Shown: positions 36,801 through 49,049 of the stretch, in pieces
Position numbering within the stretch: position 1 is the first letter of the stretch
Layout of the letters: each line of letters opens with the position of its first letter
NCBI RefSeq assembly: GCF_020745735.1
Contig: NC_083430.1
Coordinates: 28,262,909 to 28,326,908 of the forward strand
Direction: 5' to 3'
Length of the DNA stretch: 64,000 bases
DNA from: Hemiscyllium ocellatum
Lineage: Eukaryota
The notes under the pieces: model-generated
What the model saw: only the letters and a program-made list of their open reading frames with translations
Told to the model about the DNA's origin: nothing
Database searches by the model: none
Position numbers and translations under genes: made by a program

Positions 36801-37808
36801 CTGCTTAAAATAGCAAATGACTGCTCCAAAAGCTTCCACCATTATCTGTACTAATTGGCGACTTTCAGTTTCTGTAAAACAAACTTTCTCTCCTAGCACA
36901 CAAACCATCATTCCAAACTCAATGATACTATAACATGCTGTGATGACATCTGGTTTAAAGCGAGTTGCATCCAGGTTTGAGTCCTCCAAACACATTCGAA
37001 CTTCCACACAGGCAAGATTCACCATCAATGCTAAAAATTTACGGCTTGCTTCAGGATTTTCTGCCAAGATCCAGTCTGAACCATAAACAGTTACTAAGAG
37101 GCCACCAAGTTTCAGGGCAGGGTCTCGTTGTGAACTATTCAGTTTACTGCTGAGTATGCTGAACAGACCAGTATGAAGATTTTTCAAGCATCCAGTGAGA
37201 GATGGGTCCTCAGTTAGGATAGGTGCAGCAGGTAGAAAATGCTGCAATATGTTGCACAACTCAAATTTCTGATTATCTTCTTTTGTAGCAAACTGTTCAC
37301 TGAGTTTGTTCAGTACCTTCAAGAGGTCTGATTTACTAGAATTCCAACATTTGGTTTCCATCGTGTTCAGCAGACTGACAAGAAGACACAAAGCGTGCAT
37401 GTGGCCATGACTTTGATTTAGATAAACCTGACATAATGTAGACACCGTTCCTCCATCTACGAGATGTCTCTGACCCTGAGGGTGGGCAGAAATTGCTTGG
37501 AGACACTGGAAGGAGTCATCAATCATTGATGTAAATGTGGCAATATCCGCTCCAGCATCCATTTCTGAACAAATAATTTCATTGAAAATGGAGATTTTGT
37601 TGAGGATTTGCTGGTGAATCGCCAATTCCGGATTTGTCGAAAAACATGCAAGGAGAGTCATGCCAAGAGATTGGAAAATTTGACTGGGGCAGCCATGCGG
37701 AGACTCCTTGGTAATAAGTAGCCGATTTGGGAAAGAGAATCCAATTGCATCAAAGATCCGTCGACGGGTTGCAGCATCTATTTCACCAGCCTTCACCACT
37801 TTGGTCAC
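36801..37808 (-). CDS. NCDN: Neurochondrin coding exon 2 (1008 nt; [31 protein letters not shown]...)
   Basis: ORF 36732..37808; ttttAG acceptor, CAG|GTGAAA donor; matches recalled human [31 protein letters not shown]. Confidence 0.97.
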
Positions 37809-38439
37809 CTAAAATAAACATATTTTATTCAATGCATTGTCAAATATTTTGTTATGTTCTGTACAAAACTGTCAGGAAGGGTTTTTAAATCTATCTGCTT
37901 AGTTTAGTGGTAATGATTTCTTTTTCCACTTTTTTCTTAAAAGTAATAAAAATTATGAAAACTTAAGATAGACTAAATAGTCAACTCCACAATTCAATAA
38001 AATTGTAATCGATCTGATTGTTGCTATATTTTCATTTTCCTACCATCTCTCAACGATCCTTAACTCCCTTGTGATCAAAGCTCTGTCTAACTCGGCCTCA
38101 ACCATATTCAGTGATGCAGTTTATGCTGCTCTGTACCTTTAACATTATAAAACTTGAGTGTCTATTTTGCATTCACGTCACTGATTTTTATGGTAAAACA
38201 TGGAACCTTCAAAGTTGATTCTCATTACCCAAACTTTTGGTTTCCTATTTCCAAACAATTGCTAATCCATCAAGAAAGCTTGTTAATTCTGTTTGCTTTT
38301 ATTTTTGTCAATACTCTGTGGATAAATACATGTCCCTTGATAGTTACGCAAACACATCAACGTCAAATTAAATTTATTTCTGTATGTTCAAAGTTGAGAA
38401 CAAAGAATTCAATACTTTTTAATTTTACATGCCCATTTA

Positions 38440-39615
38440 TATGGACTTCAGTAAAGTGTTCAACAAGGTTTCCCATGGGACTGATTTACAAGGTTAGATC
38501 ACATGGAATAGAGGGAGAACTAGCCATTTGGATACAAAACTGGCTCAAAGGTAGAAGACAGAGAGTGGTGGGGTGGAGGGTTGCTTTTCAGACTGGAGGC
38601 CTGTGACCAACAGCGTGCCATAAGGATCGGTGCTGGGTCCACTACTTTTCATCATTTACATAAATGATTTTAACATGTACATAGGATGTATAGTTAGGAA
38701 ATATGCAGATGACACCAAAATTGGAGGTATAGTGGACAGCAAAGAAGGCTACCTCAGATTATAATGAGATTTTGATCAGATGGGCCAATGGGTTGAAGAG
38801 TGGCAAATGGAGTTTAATTTAGATAAATGTGAGGTGCTGCATTTTGGGAAAGCAAACTTGAGCAGGACTTATACAGTTAATGGTAAGGTCCTGGGGAGTG
38901 TTGCTGAATAAAGACTTTGGAGTGCAGGTTCATAGCTCCTTCAAAGTGGAGTCATAGGTGGATAAGATGTTTGACATGCTTTCCTTTCTTGGTCAGAGCA
39001 TTGAGTATTGACATTGGGACGTCATGTTGCAGCTGTACAGGATGTTGGTTAGGCCATTTTTGGAATACTATGTGCAATTCTGGTCTGATTCCTATCAGAG
39101 AAGCATGTTGTTAAACTTGAAAGGGTTCAGAAAAAAAATTTACAAGCACGTTGCCAGGGTTGGAGGATTTGAGCTACAGGGAGAGGCTGAATAGACTGGG
39201 GCTGTTTTCCCTGGAATGTCAAAGGCTGCGGGATGGACCTCAGAGGTTCATAAAGTCATGAGGGGCATGGATAGGGTAAATAGACAAAGTCTTTTCCCTG
39301 GGGTGGGGGAGTCTAGAACTAGAGGGCATAAGTTTAGGGTGACAGCAGAAAGATATAAAAAGGGATCTAAGGGGCAACATTTTCATGCAGAGGGTGGTGT
39401 ACGTATGGAATGAGCTGCCAGAGGAAGTGGTGGAGGCTAGTACAAGTGCAACATTTAAAAGGCATTTGAATAGGTTTAGGAACAGGAAGCGTTTAAAATG
39501 ATAATGGCCAAGTGCTGACAGGTGAGACTAGATTAGTTTGGGATATGTGATCAGCATGGACGAGTTGGATTGAAGGATCTGTTTCCACGCTATACACCTC
39601 TATTATTATGACTGT
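38440..39615 (+). mobile_element. HER1/CR1 LINE, 5'-truncated
   Basis: KVRSHGIEGELAIWIQNWL, GSVLGP and ADDTKIGG remnants plus the 3' tail. Confidence 0.9.
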
Positions 39616-39629
39616 GTGAATTACACATG

Positions 39630-39891
39630 AAAGAAGTGAAACTATCATGGTATTCGAACAGATGAAAGACTCAACAGACAATCAAGGTATTTATCAATGT
39701 ATAATTTCAATTACATGACACTGTAAACTTTTCCAAAAATTCTGTGTCTTACAACTGTGTCCTCCACAACCACCTGATGAAGGAGCAGCGCTCCGAAAGC
39801 TAGTGCTTCCAATTAAACCTGTTGGGCGAAAACCTGGTGTGTGATTTTTAACTTTGTAAACCCCAGTCCAACACCGGTACCTCCAAATCAT
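39630..39891 (+). mobile_element. Penelope-type pseudo-LTR family B
   Basis: Colinear with the reverse complements of 57651-57900 and 29554-29670; contains an intact hammerhead. Confidence 0.8.
39771..39805 (+). ncRNA. Intact minimal type-I hammerhead ribozyme motif (family B)
   Basis: CAC-CTGATGA-A-GGAGC-AGC-GCTCC-GAAA-GC-TA-GTG: helix I CAC/GTG, 5-bp helix II, palindromic AGCT helix III, CUA triplet. Confidence 0.8.
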
Positions 39892-40559
39892 ATTCATGAG
39901 TGCTTTATTCATAAACACAGGTTGACAATTGTGGACATCAAGAACTTCCTGCAGAAAGCTTAAAACAATTCAATCAAAAATTTCAAAACTGAAATGACAG
40001 ATTTTTGATAGACAAGAATATTAAGAGTTACAGAACCAAGCGAAATCGAAAGAGTTAAGGTATAGATCAGAGTAAATTTGATGGTGGAATGCACTGCTTC
40101 TTTTCCTATGTTTCTATTTTCTAATAGGTGATGAACACCAAAAAAAAACGATAAAACATGCAAATTTATAAATAAAGTCTAAAAATGAAGTTTTTCTGCC
40201 TGTACTTGGATTACAATTACTCAAAATTCATAACAGTATATCATCTATTACAGCAATCAGTAATATTCACTTAAAAAGGATTTTTGTTATGTTTTTCAAA
40301 AACTACAAGCCAATTTTAGATATTGGTTTCTTCAGCCATGAGCACTTGATTAAAGTTATCAAACAAATTGCAAATATGGAAAATTAACTGCTTAATGAGT
40401 TGCAATTCACAGCAGAAAAACATACTGTAATTTAGTTTAATGATAATTAAAACTCATGTATTGGGAAGTGTAGGGGTAAAATTGTCATCTAGAGACACAT
40501 AGTTTGGTCAGAAAATATACAGTATATTTGTATTTAGCAGCATTGCCAAAAGCTCTTAC

Positions 40560-40685
40560 CAGTAGAAGTGCTGCAAACTGCTCACTATCATTTTTTGCTT
40601 CTTGTAGAACCTGAAGACATCGGTCCAATGTCTTGTTTCTAGCCATATCTTCAGTTGCACATGGATTTTCTGAATTTGATGCCAT
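40560..40685 (-). CDS. NCDN: Neurochondrin first coding exon (MASNSE...[14 protein letters not shown]); the exon begins at 40699
   Basis: gttacAG acceptor at 40700-40701, ATG at 40685, CTG|GTAAGA donor; [14 protein letters not shown] is identical to the recalled human sequence. Confidence 0.95.
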
Positions 40686-41169
40686 TAGTGTAATCACAAC
40701 TGTAACAAAATATTTAACAAAATTTGAGCAAAACATTTCAAAATGATGAGCTTCTATTAAAAAAATCCTGACTGCTCAAGGAGACAAGATTTTTCACAGC
40801 TTGACAAAAGCACTTAAGTACTTGGGTAAGTGAGAAAATGACAACAGCAACCAAAACCAATCCTTCATTAAAAGCAAAATACTGTGGTGCTTTAGCATTA
40901 CTCTTATCCAGATACATTTTAATTCAAAACACTGCTGCCTCTTGGACAGAAGTAAATGACATGATAGAAACCTTTAATGTTTAAATAATCTACTGAGATG
41001 TTTATAAATGTTGCTTCATCGCATAGTCTATTATTCTGTTAACAGGTACAAAATTAATTAGATTGGAGAAGCAATATTCAACAGTGGGTTGAATTAAATT
41101 CTAAAAACCATTCTATTACAGAACACAAACCTTTTTGCATGGTAACTAAACAAAAAACAAACTGAACCA

Positions 41170-41800
41170 AGCAAAGTCAGCATTTATTGCCTATCAACAG
41201 GGGCCCTCAAGAAGGCCCTTCATTAACTGCTATAGTTCACAGATGTAGGGACACCCACAGTGCTGTTAAGAAAGGGAATTCAGAATTTTGATCTATTGAC
41301 AATAAAGTGATATAATGAAAAGTCAGGATGGTGTACAGCTTGGAAAGAATTTTCAGGACTAGTATTCCCTTGAGTCTGCTGCTCTTGTCGTTCTGGATGG
41401 TTGCCTTCATGGGTTTAGAAGGTGTTGGTTCAAGAACATTGCAAATTAGCGGATAGACTGTCAACCAAGCTGACTGTTTTGCCTGATTGAGTTTCTCAAG
41501 TATTTTTGGAACTGCTCTCACTCAGGCAGGTGTACGGTATTCCATTACTGTCCTAACTGTACCTTGTAGATGGAGGTCAAACTTTGGAGAGTCAGGTGGC
41601 GTGTTGCTTGCCAGAGTTCTGAACCTCCAACCTGCTCTTACAGGAGAAATATTTATATAGGGCTGGCAGTTCAGCTCCTGGTCAATGCTACACACAAAAC
41701 TACTAACAATGGAGGATTCTGGGATAACAATGCCATTGAAAATCAATAGGAAACAGTTAGGTATCCTCCTTGGATTCAATTACTGAGGACCTGTGATCAG
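41170..41800 (-). mobile_element. Old LINE 3' fragment, same family as 12065-13350
   Basis: cagcatttattgcc...ctttggagagtcaggtggcg...cagttcagctcctggtcaatg colinear with the 12.1-12.75 kb region. Confidence 0.6.
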
Positions 41801-42646
41801 AGTTTAAGATATTGACAGAAAAAGGCAAGGTAGACAAATAAACTATTTCCACTGAGTGGGAATTGTGATATGAGGGGCCACAGTCTGAGAATTAAGTCCA
41901 GACTATTCAGGACAGTTGTTAGGAAACAGTTCTATACAAATATTGGTAAATTTTGGAACTCTCTTCCACAAATAGATTTTAAAATCTGAGATTTTATTTG
42001 TTCAGCTGAAATAATAAGGGATATGGGCTAAAGGCAGGTATATGGAGTTCAGCCACAGATCAGCCAACATAGCACTGAATGGCAGAACAGGCTCGAGAAA
42101 CTGATTGACCTACTCCTATGAATCATGAATGGTAATGAACAGTGTGCAATCATCAGCGAATCTCTCGGAACTTATGATGGAAGAAAGTTATCGATGGAAC
42201 GATTGAAGATTGTTGGGGCAGGGGCACTATCCAGAGGAAGCCCTGCAGAGGTGAATGTGAAGCAGTATCCTGATGCACAGCAAGGTCCCACAATTAGGAA
42301 GGAGCAGCTAATTAACTTTTCGATGGTAGGGAAAGTTCGATGCGGCTTGAACAGTCAATCTTTAATGTCCTCCCCCGCCCCCAAATAGCCAAACGAGGCC
42401 TAAATTTAACACCGCCTCTTGAAGACCTTCAGTAAAACACCGGAGTACAAGTGAATCCAGGCTCAAGACCCACAGCGGAGCACGTGAAGCCAGAAACAAA
42501 AATAACACGAGCCATGGCCAGACACTGAACGCGAACTCTCTGACCGTCAGAACAACTCTCGTTAGAAAGAGAGATATCGATCAATAAAGCGCCGCGACAT
42601 CATCTAAACAAGAACAGCCCGAAACCTTGACCGTTTTCTCACTCAC

Positions 42647-42700
42647 CTGCGACCCTCCTTCTGTCAAACAACAGCCGGGCTACAACGACCTCTCAACCCG
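42647..42700 (-). other. NCDN: NCDN non-coding exon 1 (5' end approximate)
   Basis: Consensus donor CAG|GTGAGT at 42647/42646 at the edge of the CpG island; the first coding exon has an acceptor that needs an upstream exon. Confidence 0.7.
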
Positions 42701-42849
42701 ACCCTCGCCCCGCCCCCTGCGCGCAGGCCGCCTCCCCGGACCAATAGAAACACAACGCATCCCCCAAGCAACGGCCGGAGGACCAATCAGGAGCGAGTCC
42801 CCGCCTCCGTGCCCGGGCGAGTCACGTGGGTTTCCCTCGCCAGCCTGAC

Positions 42850-43249
42850 ATTGCCGCCGGAGTTTCCTGCACGAACCGACTGCGGCGCTGGCGATCCTGA
42901 CTATTCACGGCGTCTGCAACTGAAATGTTGTCTCGTTACTCCTGGCGATGCAGACTCTGAGCTAAATGGTTCGTTTTGTGTCCGCTGTCATCATTCCTGA
43001 TATCGTCTTGGTTCGGAACCAGAGTGCTCGGTGTTTGTTTCCGTGGGACGGCTTTCCCCGGACACCACCTGTTTATGTGCAGACGCATCTCGTCCCCTCA
43101 CGGCGCCTCTGTCAGCGATCCCACGTCTGCAAGTGTTTTCCTCGCTGGCCGCTAACTGCGGGATTGCCAATGTCGGCCTTTGAGGGGTGGAAAGGATTTA
43201 CTGATTAAAAATTGTGATGGGGAGAGTCGATCATCGGAAGTGACGAAAG
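42850..43249 (+). other. KIAA0319L: KIAA0319L probable non-coding exon 1 (start approximate)
   Basis: AAG|GTATGT donor at 43249/43250 downstream of the promoter core; the first coding exon at 52751 needs an upstream exon. Confidence 0.55.
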
Positions 43250-43289
43250 GTATGTTTGAGAAGCTCGAGTGTAGGAGACACTGTCACCG

Positions 43290-43560
43290 GGAATCCGGAG
43301 AGAGGGAAGGAAGGAGAACCAGGCGGAGAGGGGGAAAAGGAGGGGAGGGGGAGAGAAGGAGAACCGGGTGGAGAGAGAGAGACAGGAGGAGGGAGAGAGA
43401 GATCTGGGGGAGGGAGAAAGCTGTTATGGGACCAGTGGAGGGCGAGGGAAGGAGCGATCCCCGGTGGGAGAGGGAGAGAGAGATCAGCCAGGGCAAAGAT
43501 TGGTGGCAATGGGGTGGAGGGAGAGGGTAGGTAGACCCGGTGGAGGGTCAGAGGTAGGAG
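43290..43560 (+). repeat. Purine-rich (GA/GGA) low-complexity tract at the start of KIAA0319L intron 1
   Basis: Direct read: many G runs and AG repeats. Confidence 0.85.
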
Positions 43561-45719
43561 ACCTTGAGAGGTGAGGAAGATCCTGACGGGAATACAGTGA
43601 GAGAAAAGACAGGGGGGTAGAAGTGTTCAAGGGACCCTGAACTGTGAGCGCAGGGTCGGGATCCGAGCTCGGACCACTTCCCAGGTAGTAAACCGCATAA
43701 ATGTGCCGGCGTGACAGGGATGGATATCGTTCCGGCAAAGCTGAAACTGAAAAGGCGTTTGTGGAGCCCGAACAGCAGGTGCCCCGTCATACCGATGCGT
43801 TTTATTTTGTTTTAAAGTCATTATCCAGATGTGCTTTACATACACATCAGCAGCACCAGGTTGAAGGTCTCATACTTTCGCGTCGCGTTTCTGAACTCGC
43901 TTCCATCATTTGGAACTGGACATATGGTAAATTTGAGTTTTCCTCCGATTCCAACTGGAAATTGATAGCGACCGAATAAGATTTGCAGTTAGAGAGTCTC
44001 CAGATCATTTACCTGGTTTGTCTGTGTGGTGACTAGATTCAGACTGTTGTAATTTAAAGTCTTAACCATTTGAGAAACGTTAGGCACTTTTGGGTCTGCT
44101 AGGTATTATAGGGTATATGTAATTGCTGGGATGATGACTATCTTTTATAAACTACTTGCAGTGTCACCTGGTGTTCATTTTTTGACCATGCGTTTCGTTT
44201 CTACATGAGTCCCACTGATATTTATAATCGGAAATATTGGCCTACCCAATCTGAAAGTAGTTCTCCTGGTGCTGGATGTTAAACGGACGCATCTTTTGTA
44301 AGAAATAGATGGCGGTTATAACAAAGTAATACTCTTTCCACTGTCTTAGAAGATCAGGATGAATGAATTACTGATGTCCTGGAGTGGAATATAAATTTGT
44401 AGTTTTCTGATTCATTGACTGATGAGGCAAGGTGACACAAAGGAATGAATTGATTCCTTAAAGGTTTCAGTCATATGTGCATGATAATATAAGTTTTTAA
44501 ATTAAATCTGATTATATTGTAGTTATTGTATAAAAGTATGTCAAATTATTTTCTAACAGTTGATGGCTAAGATTGATTTGTAAAATGCTGAGGTGATCTT
44601 TGGATTGTCTATAGTTTTGATGGATGGGTGAAAAATGTAACGTAGCAGTTTTTGATGTACGTCTTGTATGAGCTGTCATGTTTAACCAATCAATCGACAT
44701 AAAATGAGCTATCAACTTGGAGTTTATTGAATATCAATTCCTTTAGCTAGTTCTGCAAATGATTACAGATGGAAAACAAACAGCACTTTGTGCAATAGTT
44801 AACTAAAATTGTTTTGACTGCACAGTATTCTACAGTGTCTCAAAGTAGATAATACAAACCATTTAAAATTATTCATATTATTTTGCTTCATTGGCTTTTT
44901 GTGAAGCAAACCTGTAACATAGGTAGAGGTCAATGACAAGGTGCCATCATGATCATAAAGTCTTGAGTAGTTATGTTTATTCATTAATTGTAGGTACAAT
45001 GTCTTTGCTTGGCAAGTTTTAAATATTATAAATGTATTTAACTTGAATGCTGATTTGTTCATAGAAGCACTTAGCACTTATTTTTCTATTAACCTCTAAT
45101 TCCATGTAAACATCATTTGGAAGTTCATTCCTTCATGATGTAAGTGCAGGTTACTGCATTATTAAAATGTTTTAATCTTGTAAAAAGATTAAAGTTGTAG
45201 AGAGTGAAACTGAGCCTTTTGCATTATACTTGATTTCCTTTTTATGTTCATTGCTACTGTAGGTTTGCATATCATCCACATGAAAAAAAATGAATAAATC
45301 TGGGTATTAAAGTTTGAAACTTAAAATATATTGTTGATCACCTGCAGCCCTTGGCTTTTTCTGATTTGCTAATGGGCTAAGTTTCAGTTCTTTCCAACGA
45401 CATTTCAGTATAAGTGTAAAAATGGCTGAAGTCTAACTTGGTTTAGCTAGTCTTAAGTAGTCCGATTTAATGAGGATTTGGTACAGTACTTTAATGGCAT
45501 TTGCATGTGAATTATTGTGAGGATTATAAGATTTGTGTTTTAAAGCTGTAATACACCCAAAAGGTGCAATACTTAGATTGCAAAACCCATTAATGCTTAA
45601 TCCCTACAAAATTATAATGCATTTCAGCCTGTCAAGTTCTTAGTGAGGTATACCAAATGAAGGTCTGATGCTTCCACTGAACTGCTATTTTGTCTGGGAA
45701 ATAAAAGGCGTTTTTTTTT

Positions 45720-46082
45720 ATTATTATTCATTCGTAAGATGAGGGTGTCGATGGCTAAGCCGCCATTTATTGTCTCCCCCTAATTACCCAGAGGGCATTT
45801 GAGAGTCAACCACATTGCTGTTGGTTTGGAGTCACATGTAGACCAGACCAAGTATGGATGGCAGTTTCCTTTCTTAAAGGGCATTAGTGAATCAGACGGG
45901 GTTTTCTGACAATTGACAATGGATTCGTGGTCGCATTATATTCTTCAATTTTAAAACAAAACGGAAATTAATTCAAATTTTATCATCTGCTATGATGGGA
46001 TTCAAACTCAGGTTCCCAGAACACAGCCAGGGTTTCTGCGTTTAATAGTCCAGTGATAATACTGTAAGTCAATCATCTCCCC
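45720..46082 (-). mobile_element. Second tRNA-derived SINE family, near full length
   Basis: B-box-like gggattcaaact near 45998, tail shared with 34823. Confidence 0.7.
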
Positions 46083-47039
46083 TATATGTCATGTACATTA
46101 CATGTCAACTTCTAGTAACCAGTTCCAGCAAAATTTAAGATTAAATGGAGAACAATATGTTTAAGATAGGAACTGGGATTTATGACTGGAATCTCTTGGT
46201 GTGAAAGAAGGAGAAGAAATGAGCCCACATAATGGATTCAATAAACATCTTTTGAAATAATGAACCAAATTTGAGTACAGTTATATGTTTAATTACTTGG
46301 CATGTATTTTATAAGTTTTTCTGTTTTCTCAATTCCAGTATCCAATTTCCATAAGGGTAATTCCAAAAGAATAGGTGGTTCAGTTAGTAATTGTACCACA
46401 AGACAGAAACATAAATGGTGCATTTAGAATTGTTGGGAGTGAATGTATTGTCCTGTGGTTTATGTAATTCATCTTCGAAGCACAAAGCTTGTGAGTCAGA
46501 CCTGTAAGGTTAAACCTGCATCATTTGACCTTTATAAAGATATCAAAATTTTCAGTATTTAATTAAAAAAAGACTTCAGCATTATTAGATGAATGACTTT
46601 ATCATTGGTTCACATTGTCATTTGTTAATTGGTTAACTAATAATGCTGAGATTATATCATTGAAGACAGAGGATGCTTGGAGTATGCAGAAGCACTGTTA
46701 CCTGAAGTAAAATAAGACAAAGCGGAACTTCAGTCCTAATTTTGTAATCCAGTTGACGGCTCTGGTCACGCATTGCTCTCCATCCTGATCTTAGCTGCAG
46801 GCAAAATACATTTACCAGAAAGATGAATAAGGTCAACCCATGAATTTCATTTCATGGTTTGAATAATATTGTTTTGGGCTCTGTTTCAAAATTGAAGACA
46901 TCTTGGTGTTAATAAATGTATGGTAATAAACTGAATTTGAACCGCTAGTAGCTATTATATGAATAGAAGGAAAAAAGGAAAGATTTGCACCTTTTTCAGG
47001 ACAACAGGATTTCCCAGAGAGCTTTGCCATTTAGCAAAT

Positions 47040-47330
47040 ACTATTAAAGTGCAATTACCATTGTAATGTATAAAATTTGCAGCCAATTTGCACATAGTAA
47101 GCTCCCCCAACCATCAATATGATAACTGCATAACTTGATTTAATATGAATGATTAATGATTCCAAAATAGCTTGAATATTTTGAATACTTCTGAGAGATT
47201 TTTCTCCACATTCTGTTTTTAGGATAAATGGATTCTTGGTTTAACATTTTGCCTAAAAGATGGCATCTTCACGAGTGCAGCACTCCTCCCTCAGCCTTGC
47301 TGACATGATTCAGCCACAACTGATACAAGT
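47040..47330 (-). mobile_element. SacSINE1-like Deu-SINE remnant
   Basis: gcagccaatttgcacatagtaagctcccc...ggtttaacat...aaagatggcatcttc...gtgcagcactcc. Confidence 0.65.
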
Positions 47331-48124
47331 GCATAATGTATGTTTTCATTAACTGAGGGACTTTCAAGTTGGGTGTCTTTTTTTTTAGTGTTCAAGGTAT
47401 CATGACTCCAACTACATCTGCAAGATGCAACAGCTACTTTATAATGAATAGAATGATCTTCTGCTGAATGCAACTACTTTATTTCTGAAAATCTTGTACA
47501 TTGATTTTTGTTATTCAGTAATTGAAATTTCTAATATTTTAAACCAAGGATGCAGAATTTAAACAAAGAAAGTCTTTTTTTGCCTGCAGCTGTATTTCAG
47601 TCAATTGAATTGAAATTGTGTAGTCTAGGTTTGTGCAATGGGTCTGGTTACTGCTGATGATGCTGCATCTTGGTTATTTTCCAACATTATCAAACTGAAT
47701 CCCAGGAAAGAAACTTCAATGTTTCTTACTCAACAATAGATATGGGAATGATTTATAGCAGTGATCTAGTGGAAAGTTAGAAATGTCATTTTAATTAGTG
47801 GACTTCTGATTGTGGAGACCGTTAGGGATAATGCAGCCATATGATTATCCCAAAGTAATTGAATAGCCAGTAGAGCTGGAGAGTGATTGACTTTTATTCC
47901 ATTAAAAAAATGAAAAAGTGTTGTTTCACAGAATTTACAGAAATTTCTTTGAAAATAAAGAAATGTTTCTTAAAAAGAACTTTCAATACCTTGGTGAAAA
48001 TTTTGCAACATCAATGAAGGAATTTTTTAAAATATGGATTAGAAGTTTTTAATTATTTCCTTTCAGTTTTACTCATCCAGTGCAATTGTGTCACTTCCTT
48101 TTTGAAGGATTTATTTAGAAAAAT

Positions 48125-48400
48125 AAAAAGTAACATTTATACAGTGCCTTCTCAATTTTGGGATGCCCAAAGTGCTTTATAGCCAGTGATATGCTTGGAG
48201 TTGTGGCAAACTTGTAGGAAGCACAACACCCAAGTTGAGTGCAGCAAAGTTCAAAAATGGCACACAGATAAACCTTTTGAAATAAGTTTTTACTTGTAGT
48301 ATTGGTTGAAGGATCAGTGTCATTTTGAACTGGGAAAAGTCCTTCTCCTTGATTGAAATCTTTGCCTGTCTGAGAGGGCAGATGGAGTTTCAGAAGTTAA
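48125..48400 (-). mobile_element. SacSINE1-like Deu-SINE remnant
   Basis: catttatacagtgcctt...gatgcccaaagtgctttatagcca, the antisense of the recalled 3' tail. Confidence 0.6.
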
Positions 48401-49049
48401 CTTCTGTTAATTGGTGCCTTGTTGGCCACCACAATGCATGTGTGGTTGTCCATGTGCAACCAGTCTTAATGATCTTAATGTAATTTCAAGGTTATTCAGT
48501 CCAACCAATTTATTTTGGTGACATAGCCCATGTTTTGTAAATTTGGTGTTTTTTTGCCTTTCCACACAATGGAGACTTTTCAAAAATTTCAGTGTGTAAC
48601 AAATGCAGTATGACAGACTTATTTGTGATCTGAATAGAAAGGTGTGCTCTGTTTTTGAATAGGCTTTTTATGACCTTTCATGGATTACACTATGTGGTAT
48701 CCCATTGTTTCCTTGTTTGTTTATCGGATCCAGTGTAATGCAAGACTGGTGTGGTTGCTGATGTACCAGGTCGTACTCCAATTCCTAGTACTGACGTTAG
48801 ACAAACATATTTTTAAATTAAGTTGTCTGTCCTTCAGTCAAGATTACAATGCTACAAGTTGTAAAATGTTTTACTCGTAGAATCAAGGTTTCCAATTGCT
48901 AGTCTATTGAAATTTACCTTATTGACATTGTAAATATATTAAGATTCTTTATGATCAGAGCCAATTTTAACTTAGCTCATTTGCACAAGTGATTTCCAAG
49001 TTTTGCCAATTGTCAGACGTTGCAGAGCCTGTGCATATGAAATATACTG

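Larger units (their letters stand above)
42450..43250. promoter_or_regulatory. Bidirectional CpG-island promoter NCDN / KIAA0319L
   Basis: CpG island with divergent donors (42647 minus, 43249 plus); CCAAT at 42741 and 42783, TGCGCGCA at 42718-42725, GTCACGTG E-box at 42821-42828, GC boxes. Confidence 0.85.

Noticed and set aside
43180-43574. Several Arg/Gly/Glu- or Pro/Ser-rich ORFs
   Set aside because: Products of the purine-rich low-complexity tract.
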